Part shown: positions 28,343 through 37,766 of the stretch, piece after piece
How positions within the stretch are numbered: the stretch's first letter is position 1
Layout: each line of letters opens with the position of its first letter
NCBI GenBank assembly: GCA_965209055.1
Contig: OZ242374.1
Span: 3,456,001-3,520,000 of the forward strand
Origin: Acidobacteriota bacterium
Lineage (GTDB): Bacteria > Acidobacteriota > UBA6911 > RPQK01 > JAJDTT01
Direction of reading: 5' to 3'
DNA: 64,000 nt
The notes under the pieces: generated by a model
Database searches by the model: none
Told to the model about the DNA's origin: nothing
The model's input: only the letters and a program-made list of their open reading frames with translations
Translations under genes and position numbers: made by a program

Positions 28343-31300
28343 ATGAATCGCATCCAGTTGGCTGTCGCCCGGGCCGGACTTGCCGGATTGCAGGTGGTGC
28401 TTCTGGCGGTGACGGCCTTGGGGAGCGAAACCTCTCCGGGGGGTGCCACCGGCGAAATCTCTTCCGTCCTGCAGAAATGTCAGTTCTGCCACCGCGGGGT
28501 CGGCGCCATGGCCGGCCTGGATCTGTCGAGCCGGGATGGAGCCCTGTTGGGAGGGAGCTCCGGTCCGTCGCTGGAGCCGGGCGAGTCCGGACAAAGCCTC
28601 CTCTATGAGAAGGTCCGATCCGGCGAGATGCCCCCAAGCGATCCCCTGTCGAAAGCCGAGGTGGACCTGGTGCGGCGCTGGATCGATCAGGGCGCCGTCT
28701 GGCCGTCCGGGGACCAGGATGGATCCCAGGCCGGAGCCGCTTCGCCCGAACCGCTCTGGTGGTCTTTGAAGCCGGTGCACCGTCCGGCCGTTCCGGTAGT
28801 GAAGCAGGCGGCCTGGATTCGAAAGCCCGTCGACGCCTTCATCCTGGCGGCTCTGGAGGAACAGGGATTGAAGCCCTCTCCGCCGGCGTCCCGGGAGGCG
28901 CTGATCCGGCGGGCGACCTTGGATCTGCTGGGATTGCCGCCCACGCCCGGGGAGATCGAGGCGTTCGTCTCGGACACGTCGCCCCGGGCCTACGAGAACC
29001 TGGTGAACCGCCTTCTCGCCTCGCCCCACTACGGCGAGCGATGGGGCCGGCATTGGTTGGATCTGGCCCGCTTCGGGGAAAGCCAGGGATTCGAGCGGGA
29101 CAAGATCCGGGATCATGCCTGGCCCTACCGCGACTATGTGATTCGGAGCTTCAATCAGGACAAGCCCTATGCCCGTTTCGTCCTGGAGCAACTGGCCGGA
29201 GACATTCTGGAGCCCCGGTCCCGGGACGGAGTGGCGGCCACCGGTTTCCTGGTCGCGGCTCCGTGGGACGAGGTGGGAAACACTCAGCAGAGCGCCATCA
29301 TGCGAGCCCGGGTCCGGGCCGAGGAGATGGAAGAGATGGTGGGGACGGTGGCCCAGACCTTCCTCGGCATGACGGTCAACTGTGCGCGATGCCACGACCA
29401 CAAGTTCGATCCCATCTCCCAACGGGACTACTATCGATTGAAGGCCTGCCTGGACGGAATCCGGCCCGGCAACCGGCCCTGGATGACGCCGGAGGAGACG
29501 GTCGCCCACGAGGAACGAACCGAGCCTCTCAAGGCTGGAATCCGCAATCTGAAGCGGCGGGTGGCCCAGCTTCAGGACAAGGTCCGGGAGCGGGTTCTGA
29601 GGAAGCGGGGGATCGCTTCGCAGCCGGTCGCCGAACCCATCGCTCGTTGGACCTTCGACCTGAACGGGATCGATTCGGTGGGTGACGGGCATCTGTCCCC
29701 GGAATCGGGACCGTTGGTCGAAGATGGCGAATTCCGGTTCGAGGATGGCGGGATCCGGTTCAAGGACGCCGAGGGCCGATCCGACGCGTTGACCGTCGAC
29801 CTGTCGGAAAAGACCCTTGAGGCATGGGTCCGGGTTTCAAAAGAGAACCGCCAGTTCCACTTCTTCAAAGTCGAGGATACCGATTCGCCGCTGCCCAAGG
29901 GGCGGTACGATGCCATCTACTACCACCACAAGTCCAGCACCTGGCGAAACCTGAGCGAGTTCAAGAACCGCACCGTCAGTCCCGAGCGGTCCAAGGAGAC
30001 GAAGACGGAGACCCCGATTCATATCGCCATTGCCTATGACTCCCGGGGCGGCATCCGAATCTACCGTGAGGGGCTGCTCTATTCGGCCCAGGATCCCAAG
30101 GGAGAGGGCCCCGAGTCCGCGCTTCAATTCTATGCCCGGGGCCGGACCAGGGTCGTCTTCGGCGGGAACAGGACGGGGACGGTGGACGAGGCCCGGCTCT
30201 ATGATCGACCGTTGACCTCCGAGGAGATCGCAGCCTCCTTCCGGGCCGGCATCCAGCGGGTCACTCCCGAGGAGTGGAACGCCGAGGCCAGCTCTCAAGA
30301 GCGCCTCGCCAGAGATGAGCTGCTGGAAGAGGCAGCCCGTCAGGAGCGGCTGCTGGAGGGCGCTCCCCCGGTTCCCCTGGTCTACGCCGTCCGGACGTAC
30401 CGATCCGGTCCTCAGGTGATCATGGATCGGGGGGACCCCGCGACGCCGGGGGATCCGGTCGAGCCCGGAGGGCTCCTCGCCATCTCTTCTCCGGAGCCTG
30501 AATTCGGATTGCCTCCCGATGGGAACGAGGCCCGGCGGCGGCTGCGCCTGGCGCAATGGATCACCGACCCGGACCATCCTCTCACGGCGCGCGTGCTGGT
30601 GAACCGGGTCTGGCACTATCACTTCGGGCGGGGAATCGTCTCGACCCCCAATGACTTCGGATTCAACGGAGGCCGCGCCTCGCACCCCGTGCTCCTGGAC
30701 TGGTTGGCGCAGTCCTTCCTCCGGCACGGCGGCAGCGTGAAACAGTTGCACCGGGAGATCATGCTCTCCAACACCTACCAACAGTCGTCCGCGTTCCGGG
30801 CGGACGCGGCGGAGGCCGACGCTGAAAACCGGTGGCTCTGGCGTTTCTCTCCCCGGCGGCTGGAGGCGGAAGTGATCCGGGACTCGCTCCTCGCCGTCAG
30901 CGGCCGCCTGAATCGTGAGTTCGGCGGCCCAGGATTCCGCCCCTTCGAAGTGAAGTTCTTCAACAGCCACTTCTACAACCTGGTCGACTCTGCCGAACCG
31001 CCGATGCGGAAACGCACCATCTACCGGATCGTGGTCCGATCCGGGCACGATCCCATGTTGGAAGCGTTCGATTGCCCGGACGCCTCCGACAAGGCGCCCC
31101 GCCGCAGCCATACCACGACCCCCATCCAAGCCCTGGCGCTCATGAACAGTCCCTTCGTCCTGCGCCAGGCGGATCATCTGGCGGACCGGCTCCGCCTGGC
31201 TCTACCCGGTGACCGGGCGGGACAGATCGATTTGGCGTATCGGCTGAGCTTGGGGCGAACGCCCGGCCCTGAGGAAACGACCCGTGCCGTGACCCATGCC

Positions 31301-31369
31301 GGCGAGCATGGACTGGAGAGCTTCTGCTGGGCGCTGTTGAACTCGAGCGAATTCCTTTATCTCAACTGA
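28343..31369 (+). CDS. PSD1/planctomycete cytochrome c domain protein (PSCyt1 + DUF1549 + LamG-like + DUF1553)
   Basis: CQFCH...MPP...W I..GA; YGERWGRHWLDLAR; CARCHDHKFDPI; TARVLVNRVW; RRLEAE.IRD; NSSEFLY; start uncertain (28262 or 28343). Confidence 0.92.
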   Translation: MNRIQLAVARAGLAGLQVVLLAVTALGSETSPGGATGEISSVLQKCQFCHRGVGAMAGLDLSSRDGALLGGSSGPSLEPGESGQSLLYEKVRSGEMPPSDPLSKAEVDLVRRWIDQGAVWPSGDQDGSQAGAASPEPLWWSLKPVHRPAVPVVKQAAWIRKPVDAFILAALEEQGLKPSPPASREALIRRATLDLLGLPPTPGEIEAFVSDTSPRAYENLVNRLLASPHYGERWGRHWLDLARFGESQGFERDKIRDHAWPYRDYVIRSFNQDKPYARFVLEQLAGDILEPRSRDGVAATGFLVAAPWDEVGNTQQSAIMRARVRAEEMEEMVGTVAQTFLGMTVNCARCHDHKFDPISQRDYYRLKACLDGIRPGNRPWMTPEETVAHEERTEPLKAGIRNLKRRVAQLQDKVRERVLRKRGIASQPVAEPIARWTFDLNGIDSVGDGHLSPESGPLVEDGEFRFEDGGIRFKDAEGRSDALTVDLSEKTLEAWVRVSKENRQFHFFKVEDTDSPLPKGRYDAIYYHHKSSTWRNLSEFKNRTVSPERSKETKTETPIHIAIAYDSRGGIRIYREGLLYSAQDPKGEGPESALQFYARGRTRVVFGGNRTGTVDEARLYDRPLTSEEIAASFRAGIQRVTPEEWNAEASSQERLARDELLEEAARQERLLEGAPPVPLVYAVRTYRSGPQVIMDRGDPATPGDPVEPGGLLAISSPEPEFGLPPDGNEARRRLRLAQWITDPDHPLTARVLVNRVWHYHFGRGIVSTPNDFGFNGGRASHPVLLDWLAQSFLRHGGSVKQLHREIMLSNTYQQSSAFRADAAEADAENRWLWRFSPRRLEAEVIRDSLLAVSGRLNREFGGPGFRPFEVKFFNSHFYNLVDSAEPPMRKRTIYRIVVRSGHDPMLEAFDCPDASDKAPRRSHTTTPIQALALMNSPFVLRQADHLADRLRLALPGDRAGQIDLAYRLSLGRTPGPEETTRAVTHAGEHGLESFCWALLNSSEFLYLN

Positions 31370-31383
31370 AGCGGAAGGGTCCC

Positions 31384-32826
31384 ATGGAAAACTCCAACCC
31401 GAAGCCAACATCGCTGCTGCCCAGAAGGCACTTCCTTTGGAATTCGGGCAGCGGTTTGGGCGCCATCGCTTTGGCCTGCCTGCTCCGGGAGGAAACCCGG
31501 GGAAGCGACACCCGGTCCAGGTTCGGGGCTCGTCCCTCCCATTTTCCAGGTCCCGCCAAGAGGATCCTGCACATCTATGCTGCGGGAGGCGCCAGTCACG
31601 TGGACACCTTCGACTACAAGCCCGAGTTGACCCGTTTGGATGGCAAGACCATGGCCGGGAAGCGAAAGGTCGACACCTTCTTCGGGCAACCCGGGACCTT
31701 GATGCAGAGTCCCTTTGAATTTCGGCGAAGGGGCCAGAGTGGGCTCTGGGTGAGCGATCTTCTGCCTCACTTGGCGGAGTGCGCCGACGATCTCTGCATG
31801 ATCCGGTCCATGGTGGCCAAGAGCTCCAATCACACACCGGCCACATTTCAGATGAATTCGGGATTCACCCGCAACGGATACCCCTGTATGGGGTCCTGGG
31901 TCACCTACGGCCTGGGCTCCGAGAACCGGGACCTGCCCGGTTTCATCGTGCTTCCGGACCCCCGGGGTCTTCCCGCCGGAGGGTCCATCAACTGGACCGC
32001 CGGGTTCCTGCCGGCGTCCCATCAGGGCGTGGCGTTCCGAAACTCGGGCGATCCCCTGCCGTACCTGTCGACTCCCTCCACCGTCTCCTCCCGGCGCCGC
32101 GCCAGCGAGATGGAACTCCTGGCCCGGATGAATCGGGAACACTTGGAAATCAATCCCGGAGACAGCGCCTTGGAGGCGCGGCTCCAGTCCTACGAGTTGG
32201 CCGCCCGCATGCAGATGACCATCCCCGACATCGTGGATCTGGACACGGAGCGGCCGGAAACGCGGCGGCTCTACGGCCTGGACGAGGAGAAGACGAACAG
32301 CTTCGGCCGGAATTGCCTGCTGGCTCGCCGGCTGCTGGAAAAAGGTGTCCGGGTCGTTCAAGTCTGGATCGGCGGCGCCTTCGGCCGGCCTCGCATCAAC
32401 TGGGACGGGCACGAGGACATCAAGGAGAATCACACCGATCAGGCCGACACCATGGATCGTCCGTTGGCCGGACTCCTGAAAGACATGAAGGAGCGGGGCA
32501 TGCTGGAGGACACCCTGGTGGTCTGGTCGACGGAGTTCGGCCGGACCCCGTTCACCGAAGGGCTGGGCGCCAAGGGCCGCGACCATCACCAGCTCGCCTT
32601 CACCTGCTGGCTCGCGGGCGCCGGTGTCCGGAAGGGATTCAGCTACGGCGCTTCAGACGATGTGGGCTACGACGTGGCCCGGGACCCGGTCACCATCTAC
32701 GATTTTCACGCCACCATCCTTCATCTGCTGGGGCTGGACCACAAGAAGCTCACCTTTTACCACAACGGCATTCAGCGCCGCCTCACCGACGTCCACGGCC
32801 ACGTGGTGCGTGGTGTATTGGCGTAG
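31384..32826 (+). CDS. DUF1501 domain protein (Tat-exported)
   Basis: RRHFL Tat motif, GGASHVDTFDYKP, SYELAARMQ, WDGH, EFGRTP, GRDH, RLTDVHG. Confidence 0.93.
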   Translation: MENSNPKPTSLLPRRHFLWNSGSGLGAIALACLLREETRGSDTRSRFGARPSHFPGPAKRILHIYAAGGASHVDTFDYKPELTRLDGKTMAGKRKVDTFFGQPGTLMQSPFEFRRRGQSGLWVSDLLPHLAECADDLCMIRSMVAKSSNHTPATFQMNSGFTRNGYPCMGSWVTYGLGSENRDLPGFIVLPDPRGLPAGGSINWTAGFLPASHQGVAFRNSGDPLPYLSTPSTVSSRRRASEMELLARMNREHLEINPGDSALEARLQSYELAARMQMTIPDIVDLDTERPETRRLYGLDEEKTNSFGRNCLLARRLLEKGVRVVQVWIGGAFGRPRINWDGHEDIKENHTDQADTMDRPLAGLLKDMKERGMLEDTLVVWSTEFGRTPFTEGLGAKGRDHHQLAFTCWLAGAGVRKGFSYGASDDVGYDVARDPVTIYDFHATILHLLGLDHKKLTFYHNGIQRRLTDVHGHVVRGVLA

Positions 32827-32883
32827 GGTCGAGTCGTCACCGCATAATTCCAGGATGTTCAGCTCCGCCATCCGGGACCCGGA

Positions 32884-32928
32884 CTAAACCTGGGATTCCC
32901 GCGCAATGCCGAGGAACGGACCGTCCAT
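32884..32928 (-). CDS. Putative 14-aa mini-ORF paralogous to the DGPF segment of the 256-aa protein
   Basis: CAGGAGGAGC-ATG; MDGPFLGIARESQV*; GACGGTCCGTTC identical to the parent gene. Confidence 0.4.
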   Translation of the reverse strand: MDGPFLGIARESQV

Positions 32929-32951
32929 GCTCCTCCTGTGAAATACGAAAC

Positions 32952-33059
32952 TCAGTGAACACGAACCCGAGCCAGAACTTCCGTTCGGAACACAACCATC
33001 CTGTTTCTGGTGTCCGTGGAGCCTTCACCGCCAACGTACTGGATAAGGATGGACTTCAT
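32952..33059 (-). CDS. Putative 35-aa mini-ORF paralogous to the C-terminus of the 256-aa protein
   Basis: AAGGAGG-8 nt-ATG; MKSILIQYVGGEGSTDTRNRMVVFRTEVLARVRVH aligns without gaps to GRLVVQYVGGEGTSGSASQIVVFRQEFQIRVRFQ. Confidence 0.65.
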   Translation of the reverse strand: MKSILIQYVGGEGSTDTRNRMVVFRTEVLARVRVH

Positions 33060-33091
33060 GTCTTGTTCCTCCTTCAAATCCCTCGCTTGAC

Positions 33092-33862
33092 TCACTGGAA
33101 CCTCACCCGGATCTGAAACTCCTGTCGAAACACCACTATCTGACTGGCAGACCCGGAGGTCCCCTCACCGCCGACGTACTGGACCACCAACCGGCCCGAG
33201 GTGGGGCCTCCGTCGTAGGCGTGGCGCATCTGGACCATGAACGGACCGTCCTTGGCGTACTCGGCTCCCCCGGCTGACTTCTCGGCCCAATAGGCCAAGT
33301 GCGTTCCAAGGGCCTTGCCCCCGGACCTCAGCATCTCGAAGCCCACAACTTTATCGTGGATCGCCCACTGGAGAAGCCTGCCGTGTTTCCAGGGGCCCAT
33401 CGCGAACATCTGCTGGGCGAACTGTACAACCCGTACGGCGATCAGGCCGTTCGCAGCGTCGAACCCCAGGCTCCGGTCGCCCTGGCTCATGTTCGTGAAG
33501 ATGTTTCCGAGCATGAAGAGCTGGAGCGTGTACTGGCCAAAGAACTCCGCATCACAGTATTTGTTGCCATCAACATCCGTCTCCAGCGTATAACCAGCGT
33601 TGCATGACTCGCATTGGCCATCACTGCCCAGTGTCCCATTTTCACAAGTACCCTCACGGCCAGATTCGGCATCCATGTTTCCGTTCAGCGAGTCAACCGA
33701 CCTCACGACGGCGACGGTCTGCCAGTACATCGGGTCGTTCCCGATCACGTCAACGGCAATCGGGTCCGGGAACCTCAGTTGCGCCTCATCATAAGTTTGA
33801 CCGAACCCCAACACCCCGAACGCGAGAAACGCCGCCAAGAAAACACGACACGAAAACTTCAT
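33092..33862 (-). CDS. Secreted hypothetical protein with internal Cys-rich (EGF/furin-like) mini-domain
   Basis: Signal peptide MKFSCRVFLAAFLAFGVLGFG; TCENGTLGSDGQCESCNAGYTLETDVDGNKYC; RBS GGAGG; no recognisable family. Confidence 0.8.
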   Translation of the reverse strand: MKFSCRVFLAAFLAFGVLGFGQTYDEAQLRFPDPIAVDVIGNDPMYWQTVAVVRSVDSLNGNMDAESGREGTCENGTLGSDGQCESCNAGYTLETDVDGNKYCDAEFFGQYTLQLFMLGNIFTNMSQGDRSLGFDAANGLIAVRVVQFAQQMFAMGPWKHGRLLQWAIHDKVVGFEMLRSGGKALGTHLAYWAEKSAGGAEYAKDGPFMVQMRHAYDGGPTSGRLVVQYVGGEGTSGSASQIVVFRQEFQIRVRFQ

Positions 33863-33977
33863 GACACCCTCCTACTTCAACCTTGAGGTCCTTGCTTTTT
33901 CTCTCTAACGTGCGGGTGTTCAGATCTGTGAGACCTGGCTGACGGGAAGGCAACGATGGTGGTTGGAGTTCAGGTGG

Positions 33978-35750
33978 CTACGCCGTTCGCACCTGCCAGT
34001 GCCGTGACGTGTCCTGAGCCGTCCAGAGACGTTCGTAGAGGCCTGCGGCGTGGATCAGCCGCGAGTGGGTTCCCGTCTCCACGACCCGTCCCTCCTGGAG
34101 CACCACGATCCGGTCGGCGTTGCGGACGGTAAAGAGGCGGTGAGCGATGACCAGGACTGTCCGGTCCCGGGTCAGGCGGGTGATGGCTTCCCGGATCTCC
34201 AACTCCGACTCGGTGTCCACGCTTGAGGTGGCTTCGTCCAGGATCAGGACGGGCGCGTCTTTGAGGAGGGCGCGGGCGATGGAGATCCGCTGTTTCTCGC
34301 CTCCCGAGAGGCGCGCTCCCCTCTCCCCGACCATGGTGTCGTAGCCCTGGGGCAGGGATAGGATGAATTCCTCGGCGTTGGCGGCTCGGGCGGCGTCACG
34401 GATTTCGGCCTCGGTGGCGTCGGGGTTTCCCACCAGGATGTTCTCCCGGATGGTGGCGTGGAAGAGATACACGTCCTGCATGACGTGGGCCACACTCCGG
34501 CGCAACGGTTCCAGCGCCAGATTCCGGACGTCGATCCCGCCGACCTTCACCGCTCCGAACTGCGGTTCGTAGAACCTGGGGACCAGGTTGCAGGAGGTCG
34601 TCTTGCCGGCGCCGGTGGGGCCGACCAGGGCCAGGACTTCGCCCGCTTCGGCCCGGAAACTCACCTCCCGAAGGACGGGAATCTCCGGCGCGTAGCCGAA
34701 GGTGACCCGGTCCAGCTCCACCGACCAGCGGAGGTCGCCGGGAATGGCGGCCAGGCCGGCCGCCCGCGATTCCACCGGCAGTTCCAGTAGCTCGAAGACT
34801 CGCCGCGCCGAGGCGGCCGCTTTCTGGATGACGTCGTTCAGGTTGGCCAGCCGCAACAGGGGCTGGAAGATCTGTCCCAGGTAGAGGACAAAGACCACCA
34901 GATCGGCCAGGGCCACGTCTCCTCCCAAGGCCAGGCGTCCCCCCGCGGCGACGACCAGGAGGTAGGCCAGGCCACCGGCGAATTCGACCACGCCTGCCGG
35001 GATCAGAGACCAGCGATTGGCCCTCACGATGCTGTCGCGATAACGGGCGCTGGCCTGCCGGACCCGCCGCAGCTCGGAATCTTCCCGGACGAAGGACTTG
35101 ATGACCGTGTGGCCGCCGATCCGGTCCAGGATCTCGGCCACCAGGTCGGCGCGGCGGCCCCGGGTTTTCCTCCAGGCTCGACTGGTCCGCCCCGCGAGCC
35201 GGTACACCAGCCAGGCGACCAACGGCAAGGGCAGCGTGACGATGAGGGCCAGCTCGAAGTGAATGTTGAAGAGGATCAGGAGCATGGCTGCCGGCATCAC
35301 CGCCGCCAGGAAGATCTCCGGCACCCCGTGGGCCAGAAAGTCCTCGATGACCTCCACGTCGTTGACGGTCCGGGACATGAGTGAGCCGCTGCGGCGATGC
35401 GTGTAGGCTCCGGGCGGGAGGGCCTGAACCCGGGCGTAGGTGCGGCCCAGGAGGTTGTGCAGCGTGCGGTAGGCGGCCACGTGGGAGAAGACACCGTAGC
35501 CGTAACGGAAGACCCCCCGCAGGAGAAAGAGTCCGGCCAGAGCAAGGGCCATCCAGATCAGCGTGGACCCGGAAAGACCCCCCTCCTGAAGCAACTGGAT
35601 CAGCCGTCTCAATACCAGCGGAGGGAAGAGTCCGACCACCGAGAAGAGGAGGCCGCACAGGAGGGACAGGGCCAGCAGTCTCCGGCTCTCCACTGCCAGA
35701 TGGAACAGCCGGACCATGAGGGTTCGAGTCGAGTTGCCGCTCCGGTCCAT
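33978..35750 (-). CDS. ABC transporter ATP-binding/permease (exporter, MsbA-like)
   Basis: TM domain plus [31 protein letters not shown]; start taken at MDRSGN. Confidence 0.92.
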   Translation of the reverse strand: MDRSGNSTRTLMVRLFHLAVESRRLLALSLLCGLLFSVVGLFPPLVLRRLIQLLQEGGLSGSTLIWMALALAGLFLLRGVFRYGYGVFSHVAAYRTLHNLLGRTYARVQALPPGAYTHRRSGSLMSRTVNDVEVIEDFLAHGVPEIFLAAVMPAAMLLILFNIHFELALIVTLPLPLVAWLVYRLAGRTSRAWRKTRGRRADLVAEILDRIGGHTVIKSFVREDSELRRVRQASARYRDSIVRANRWSLIPAGVVEFAGGLAYLLVVAAGGRLALGGDVALADLVVFVLYLGQIFQPLLRLANLNDVIQKAAASARRVFELLELPVESRAAGLAAIPGDLRWSVELDRVTFGYAPEIPVLREVSFRAEAGEVLALVGPTGAGKTTSCNLVPRFYEPQFGAVKVGGIDVRNLALEPLRRSVAHVMQDVYLFHATIRENILVGNPDATEAEIRDAARAANAEEFILSLPQGYDTMVGERGARLSGGEKQRISIARALLKDAPVLILDEATSSVDTESELEIREAITRLTRDRTVLVIAHRLFTVRNADRIVVLQEGRVVETGTHSRLIHAAGLYERLWTAQDTSRHWQVRTA

Positions 35751-35787
35751 CCGTGTCCCCGTTGCCACGTCCGGACCCACAGGAAGG

Positions 35788-37008
35788 CTACTCGTAGTGG
35801 AGCGCTTCGATGGGGTCCAGTTGTGCTGCCTTGTGGGCCGGATAATATCCGAAAAAGACCCCGATGGCAGCCGAGAAGAAGATGGAGACCGCGATGGCGT
35901 TGGGGGAGATCTGGGTCGGCCATCCCATGCCCTGGGAGACGAGGAAGGATCCACCGATCCCCATTCCAAGGCCGATCAAGCCGCCCAACAGGCAGAGCAC
36001 GATGGATTCGGACAGGAACTGGACTCTCACGTGTCCGGGCCGGGCTCCGATGGCCATGCGAATGCCGATCTCCCGGGTCCGTTCGGTCACCGAGACCAGC
36101 ATGATGTTCATGATGCCGATGCCCCCCACCAGGAGGGAGACGGCGGCGATGCTGGCCAACAGGCTGGTCATGACCCGGTTGGTGGCTTCGGCCGCTTCCG
36201 CGAACTCGCTCAGATTCCGAACCCGGAAATCGTCGGCCTGATCCCGACCCAGATTGTGGCGCTGGCGCAGGAGCGCGCTGATCTGCTCCTGGGCCGCGAA
36301 GCTCGCGCGGGCGCTCACGGCGGAGATCAGGCCGGACTGGACGTAGAGGACCCCTCCCTGGAACTTCTTCTGGACCGTGGTGTAGGGAACGATGATGGTG
36401 TCGTCCTGATCCCGTCCCCAGTTGTTGGCGCCCTTCTTCTTGAGGACTCCCAGCACCTGGAACGGGAGGTTCTTGACCCGGATCGTCTGGCCCACCGGGT
36501 CGCCTCCGCCGAAGAGCTCGTCCACGACGGTCTGGCCCAGGACGGCGACTCGAGCTGCCGTCTTCACGTGACTCTCTTCAAAGAATTCACCTTGGGTGAG
36601 GGGCCAGTTGCGCAGCAGCTGGTATTGCTCGTTGTACCCTTCGATGCGAGTGTTCCAGTTCTGGTTGCCGAACACGACCTGGGCCATGGTGGAAGCGCTG
36701 GGGCTCACGGCCTGTACCGTGGGAACCTCTTGAAGGATAGCCTCGAAGTCGGCGGCGGTGAGGGTGTTTTGAGTTCCCGATCCGCTCCGGATTCCCCACG
36801 ACCGGCGGCTGCCGGCCCGGATCCAGAGGGTATTGGTCCCCATGGCGGCGATCTCCTCCTGCACCTGCCGCTGGGCCCCCTGACCCAGGCTGACCATGGT
36901 GATGACGGCGGCGACGCCGATGATGATCCCCAGCATGGTGAGAATGGAGCGGATCATGTTCCGGCCCAAGGACTTGAGGGAGATTTTCAAGATCATCCAG
37001 AAACCCAT
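35788..37008 (-). CDS. MacB-family ABC transporter permease
   Basis: RSILTMLGIIIGVAAV, GGIGIMNIMLVSVTERTREIGIRMAIGA, LDPIEAL; start at MGFWMIL. Confidence 0.93.
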   Translation of the reverse strand: MGFWMILKISLKSLGRNMIRSILTMLGIIIGVAAVITMVSLGQGAQRQVQEEIAAMGTNTLWIRAGSRRSWGIRSGSGTQNTLTAADFEAILQEVPTVQAVSPSASTMAQVVFGNQNWNTRIEGYNEQYQLLRNWPLTQGEFFEESHVKTAARVAVLGQTVVDELFGGGDPVGQTIRVKNLPFQVLGVLKKKGANNWGRDQDDTIIVPYTTVQKKFQGGVLYVQSGLISAVSARASFAAQEQISALLRQRHNLGRDQADDFRVRNLSEFAEAAEATNRVMTSLLASIAAVSLLVGGIGIMNIMLVSVTERTREIGIRMAIGARPGHVRVQFLSESIVLCLLGGLIGLGMGIGGSFLVSQGMGWPTQISPNAIAVSIFFSAAIGVFFGYYPAHKAAQLDPIEALHYE

Positions 37009-37022
37009 GGCGATTCTCCCGA

Positions 37023-37766
37023 CTAGTGAAATTTGTCGCTGACGATAAGACCGTCCCGCAGTTGGATCGTGCGCTTGGCGTGAGCCGCGATGGACGCCTC
37101 GTGGGTCACCATGATCAGCGTGATGCCCTGATCCCGGTTCAGATCCACGAGAAAGCGCATGATCTCTTCCGACGTCGCCGAGTCCAGGTTGCCGGTGGGT
37201 TCGTCGGCCAGCAGGATGGCCGGCCGGTTGACCAGGGCCCGGGCCACGGCGACCCGCTGCTGCTGACCGCCCGACAGTTGATTGGGCATGACCTGGGCCT
37301 TCTCCGGGATGCCCACCACTTCCAACGCCTCCTCGATCCTGCGGGCCCGCTCCTGGCGGGGAACGCCGGCGTAGAGCATGGGCGCTTCCACGTTCTCCCA
37401 GATGGAGGTCCGGGGCAGCAGGTTGAAGCTCTGGAAGATGAATCCGATCTTCTGGTTCCGGATGTCCGCCCGCTGGGACGCCGAGAAGGTGGAGACGTCG
37501 ATCCCGTCCAACCGATACTGTCCGCGGGTCGGCCGGTCCAGGCATCCCAACAGGTTCAGCAAGGTCGATTTGCCTGAACCCGAGGCTCCCATGACGGCCA
37601 CGAACTCGCCCGAGACGACCTCCACGGAGACTCCCCTCAGGGCTTCGACCTGGACCTCTCCCAGGTCGTAGATTTTCCAAACGGCTTCAAGAGAAAGGAG
37701 ACTGTCCCCGCCCGGCGGCGCGGAGTCGCGGAGATTCTGCTGCGCTGCGGCCACTTGAACCATCAA
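37023..37766 (-). CDS. MacB/LolD-family ABC ATP-binding protein
   Basis: GASGSGKST, GFIFQSFNLL, LSGGQQQR, ADEPTGNLD, VTHE. Confidence 0.93.
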   Translation of the reverse strand: MMVQVAAAQQNLRDSAPPGGDSLLSLEAVWKIYDLGEVQVEALRGVSVEVVSGEFVAVMGASGSGKSTLLNLLGCLDRPTRGQYRLDGIDVSTFSASQRADIRNQKIGFIFQSFNLLPRTSIWENVEAPMLYAGVPRQERARRIEEALEVVGIPEKAQVMPNQLSGGQQQRVAVARALVNRPAILLADEPTGNLDSATSEEIMRFLVDLNRDQGITLIMVTHEASIAAHAKRTIQLRDGLIVSDKFH

